Source: Cenococcum geophilum
Taxonomy: Eukaryota
Length of the DNA: 64,000 nt
Assembly (NCBI GenBank): GCA_050273025.1
Contig: CP158635.1
Coordinates: forward strand, 28,086,001 to 28,150,000
Reading direction: 5' to 3'
Shown: positions 61,573 through 64,000 of the stretch, piece after piece
Layout of the letters: each line of letters starts with the position of its first letter
How positions within the stretch are numbered: the stretch's first letter is position 1
Translations under genes and position numbers: made by a program
The notes under the pieces: model-generated
What the model was told of the DNA's origin: nothing
Databases searched by the model: none
What the model saw: only the letters and a program-made list of their open reading frames with translations

Positions 61573-64000
61573 TCATTTGTTCCGATCCTTCTGCGCCTTC
61601 TCGTACTTCGTCACCAGTTCCCTCTGCAGCTGCGGCGGCGCGGGACTATAGTGGCTAAACTCCATCGAGAACTCGCCCTTGCCCTGTGTCGCGGCGCGCA
61701 GCTGCGTCGAGAAGCCGAACATGCTGTTCAAGCTGCAATCGGCGTACAGCGTGAAGTCCTCAGGGCCGATCTCCGTGTCGTTGATGACGGCGTTGCGTTT
61801 ATTCAGCAGGCCGACGATGTTGCCCTGGAACTCATTCGGGGCTGTGATGGTGGTCTTCATCAGCGGCTCCAACACCTGCGGCTTCGCGGCCATGAAGGCC
61901 TTGCGGAACGCCTGCTGCGTCGCCATCTTGAACGCCATTTCGGACGAGTCTGTCATATGGGTTGCGCCGTCGTTGATCACCATTGATGTGCCCAGGACTT
62001 TGTGTCCGAGGAGCGGGCCCTTGATGCAGGATGCCATGAAACCCTTCTCGCAAGCAAACAAGAACTTCTCGGAAATAGTGCCGCCAGAAATGCGCTGCTC
62101 GAATTTATTGTCGGCGAGCGACCCGGTGGGCTCCATGAAACCAACGACGCGCGCGAAGTCACCGGCACCACCAGTCTGCTTCTTGAGCGTGTGGTCGAAG
62201 GGTACGTGTGAGGTGATTGTCTCGCGATAGGCCACTTGAGGCTGGCCGGTTTCGCAGTCGACTTTGTACTCACGACGCATGCGCTCAACGTAAATGTCCA
62301 GATGGAGTTCACCCATGCCAGAGATGATAGTCTCTTGGCTTTCAGGATCGACATGGACTCTGAAGGTCGGGTCCTCACGTTGGAAGCGGCTCATAGCTTT
62401 TGAGAAGTTCGGCGTATCCTTTGTGTTCTTGGGTTTGATGGACAGTGAGATGACAGGTTCGGGAACAAACATCGATGTCTAGATCCGTTAGCATAGTGTA
62501 CATAGTGTAAAGCAAGCACCTTACCATCGTATATCCCAAAGTGCCATCAGTGAACGTATCACCAGAAGCACAGTCAACACCGAACACTGCGCAGATTTCT
62601 CCTGCTCCAATCTCCTGCACTTCCTCCATCTCATTCGAATGCATTCTCACAATCTTTGGAATTTTCACCCTCTTATCTGACCTTGCGTTGAAAACGTTCA
62701 TGCCCTTTTTCAATGTTCCTTGATACACCCGTACGTACGTCAGCTGCCCAAAGTTGCTTTCTTCCAACTTGAACGCCAACCCAACAAACGGCAGCGAGTT
62801 ATACGAGACCAGCTTGACGGGTGCTTCCTGCCGCCTCCGGTCTAAGGCTAGGTTCTCGACTTCTGAAGGGTTAGGGAGATAGTCGCAAACAGCGTCCAGC
62901 ATAGGCTGAACGGCCTTATCGGCTAGCGCAGAGCCCATCAGCACCGGCGTGAACTTGAGAGATACGGTCGCCCTGCGGATAGCAGCCTTGATCTGCTCGA
63001 CTGTTGGCTCCCGTTCATCCAGGAAAATCTCCGCGATCTCATCGTCCACATCCGCAAGCGTCTCGATCAGCTTCGCCCTCTTCTCTTTCGCAAGCCCCAC
63101 CAGGTCCGCCGGTATTTCGTCCTTTTCAACGATAACTTCTCCCTTTGCACCTTCGTTATAGATTGCCTTCATCCTGATCAGGTCAACGACTCCTATGAAC
63201 CCATCTTCTCTTCCAATTGGAACCTGTAATGCAGCAGCGGGTATCCGCAGTTTCTGGTTAATCTGATCAACCGCCTTCCACGGATTCGCGCCCATCCGGT
63301 CCATCTTGTTGACGAAGGAAATTCTCGGTATATTGTACCTTCGCATCTGACGATCCACAGTAATTGTCTGCGACTGCACGCCTGATACCGCGCACAAAAT
63401 CATGACAGCTCCATCTAGGACTCGAAGGGCCCTCTCCACCTCAATTGTGAAGTCAATATGTCCTGGTGTGTCGATCAAATTGATATGGTACCGCTCCTCC
63501 TTCCCGTTCTCTTTCTTCACCCAGTCGCAGAACGTCGCCGCCGATTGAATCGTGATACCCTTCTCGCGCTCCAAGTCCATCGAGTCCATTTTAGCTCCGA
63601 CAGCATCTTTACCTCTGACCTCGTGGATCGAATTGATACGGCCGGTATAGTACAGGACACGCTCGGTTGCCGTAGTCTTCCCAGAGTCGATATGTGCCTA
63701 CGCCCATCAGCCAAGTCCCCACTCCCATACGTCTGTTTCCTCCTGGACAGATAGCAATCCGTACCGCAATACCAATATTCCGCACCCTCGCCAACCTCGC
63801 CGCCTCCTCAGGATTCAAATTCTCAATAATCGTTTCTTGCGCCAGCATCCCCGGATCCGCAGCCGCCTGCTCAAGCCTATCTTCAAATCAGCACATTATC
63901 CCGCCACATATCCAGTCCCCAAAAACCACTCACACAGCCGCTGCAGCCCCTGACTGCCACCGCCTCGCCCGCACCTCCCCCACCCGCGCCCAATTCGCAT
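61573..64000 (-). CDS. MEF1: Mitochondrial elongation factor G 1 (introns 62479-62524, 63698-63764, 63877-63933); start codon at or beyond the window edge
   Basis: [26 protein letters not shown] and NKMD GTPase motifs, EF-G domains III-V ([12 protein letters not shown]), and an Arg-rich presequence-like N-terminus. Confidence 0.95.

Overview
Genomic window from a filamentous ascomycete (Pezizomycotina), in two sharply separated compartments. (1) Bases 1 to ~49,240 are an AT-rich, gene-free nest of LTR retrotransposons degraded by RIP: CpA/TpG is converted to TpA, paired LTRs differ almost only by transitions, and all gag/pol frames are broken by TAA/TAG. LTR pairs and 5-bp target-site duplications let me resolve it by eye. 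It holds five GalEa-like Copia elements (a partial one at the left edge, two copies of family A head-to-head, B and D) and a gag-only GalEa-like element C nested in A2. It also holds a half-tRNA-primed Copia G, two chromodomain Gypsy elements E and F, a solo LTR and an ~0.8-kb inverted-repeat-flanked cassette. Nesting reaches four levels (B > E > F > G). (2) Bases ~49,240-64,000 are ordinary intron-containing euchromatin. This part carries an uncharacterised multi-pass membrane protein, an AA11 LPMO, a Swc3-like gene, a MITE-disrupted secreted-protein pseudogene, an ABHD12/BEM46-like hydrolase with an 8-nt micro-exon, and mitochondrial EF-G (5' end at the window edge). Five observations stand out: a gag-only retroelement whose Gag ends in a (P-Q-Y)n low-complexity tail; a ~200-bp palindrome/CCAAT cassette shared by the 3' UTRs of Copia and Gypsy elements; an intron-containing antisense Zn-cluster-like gene inside Gypsy F; AT-hooks in all the GalEa-like polyproteins; and the cargo-carrying inverted-repeat cassette. 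All de-RIP reconstructions are manual inferences.
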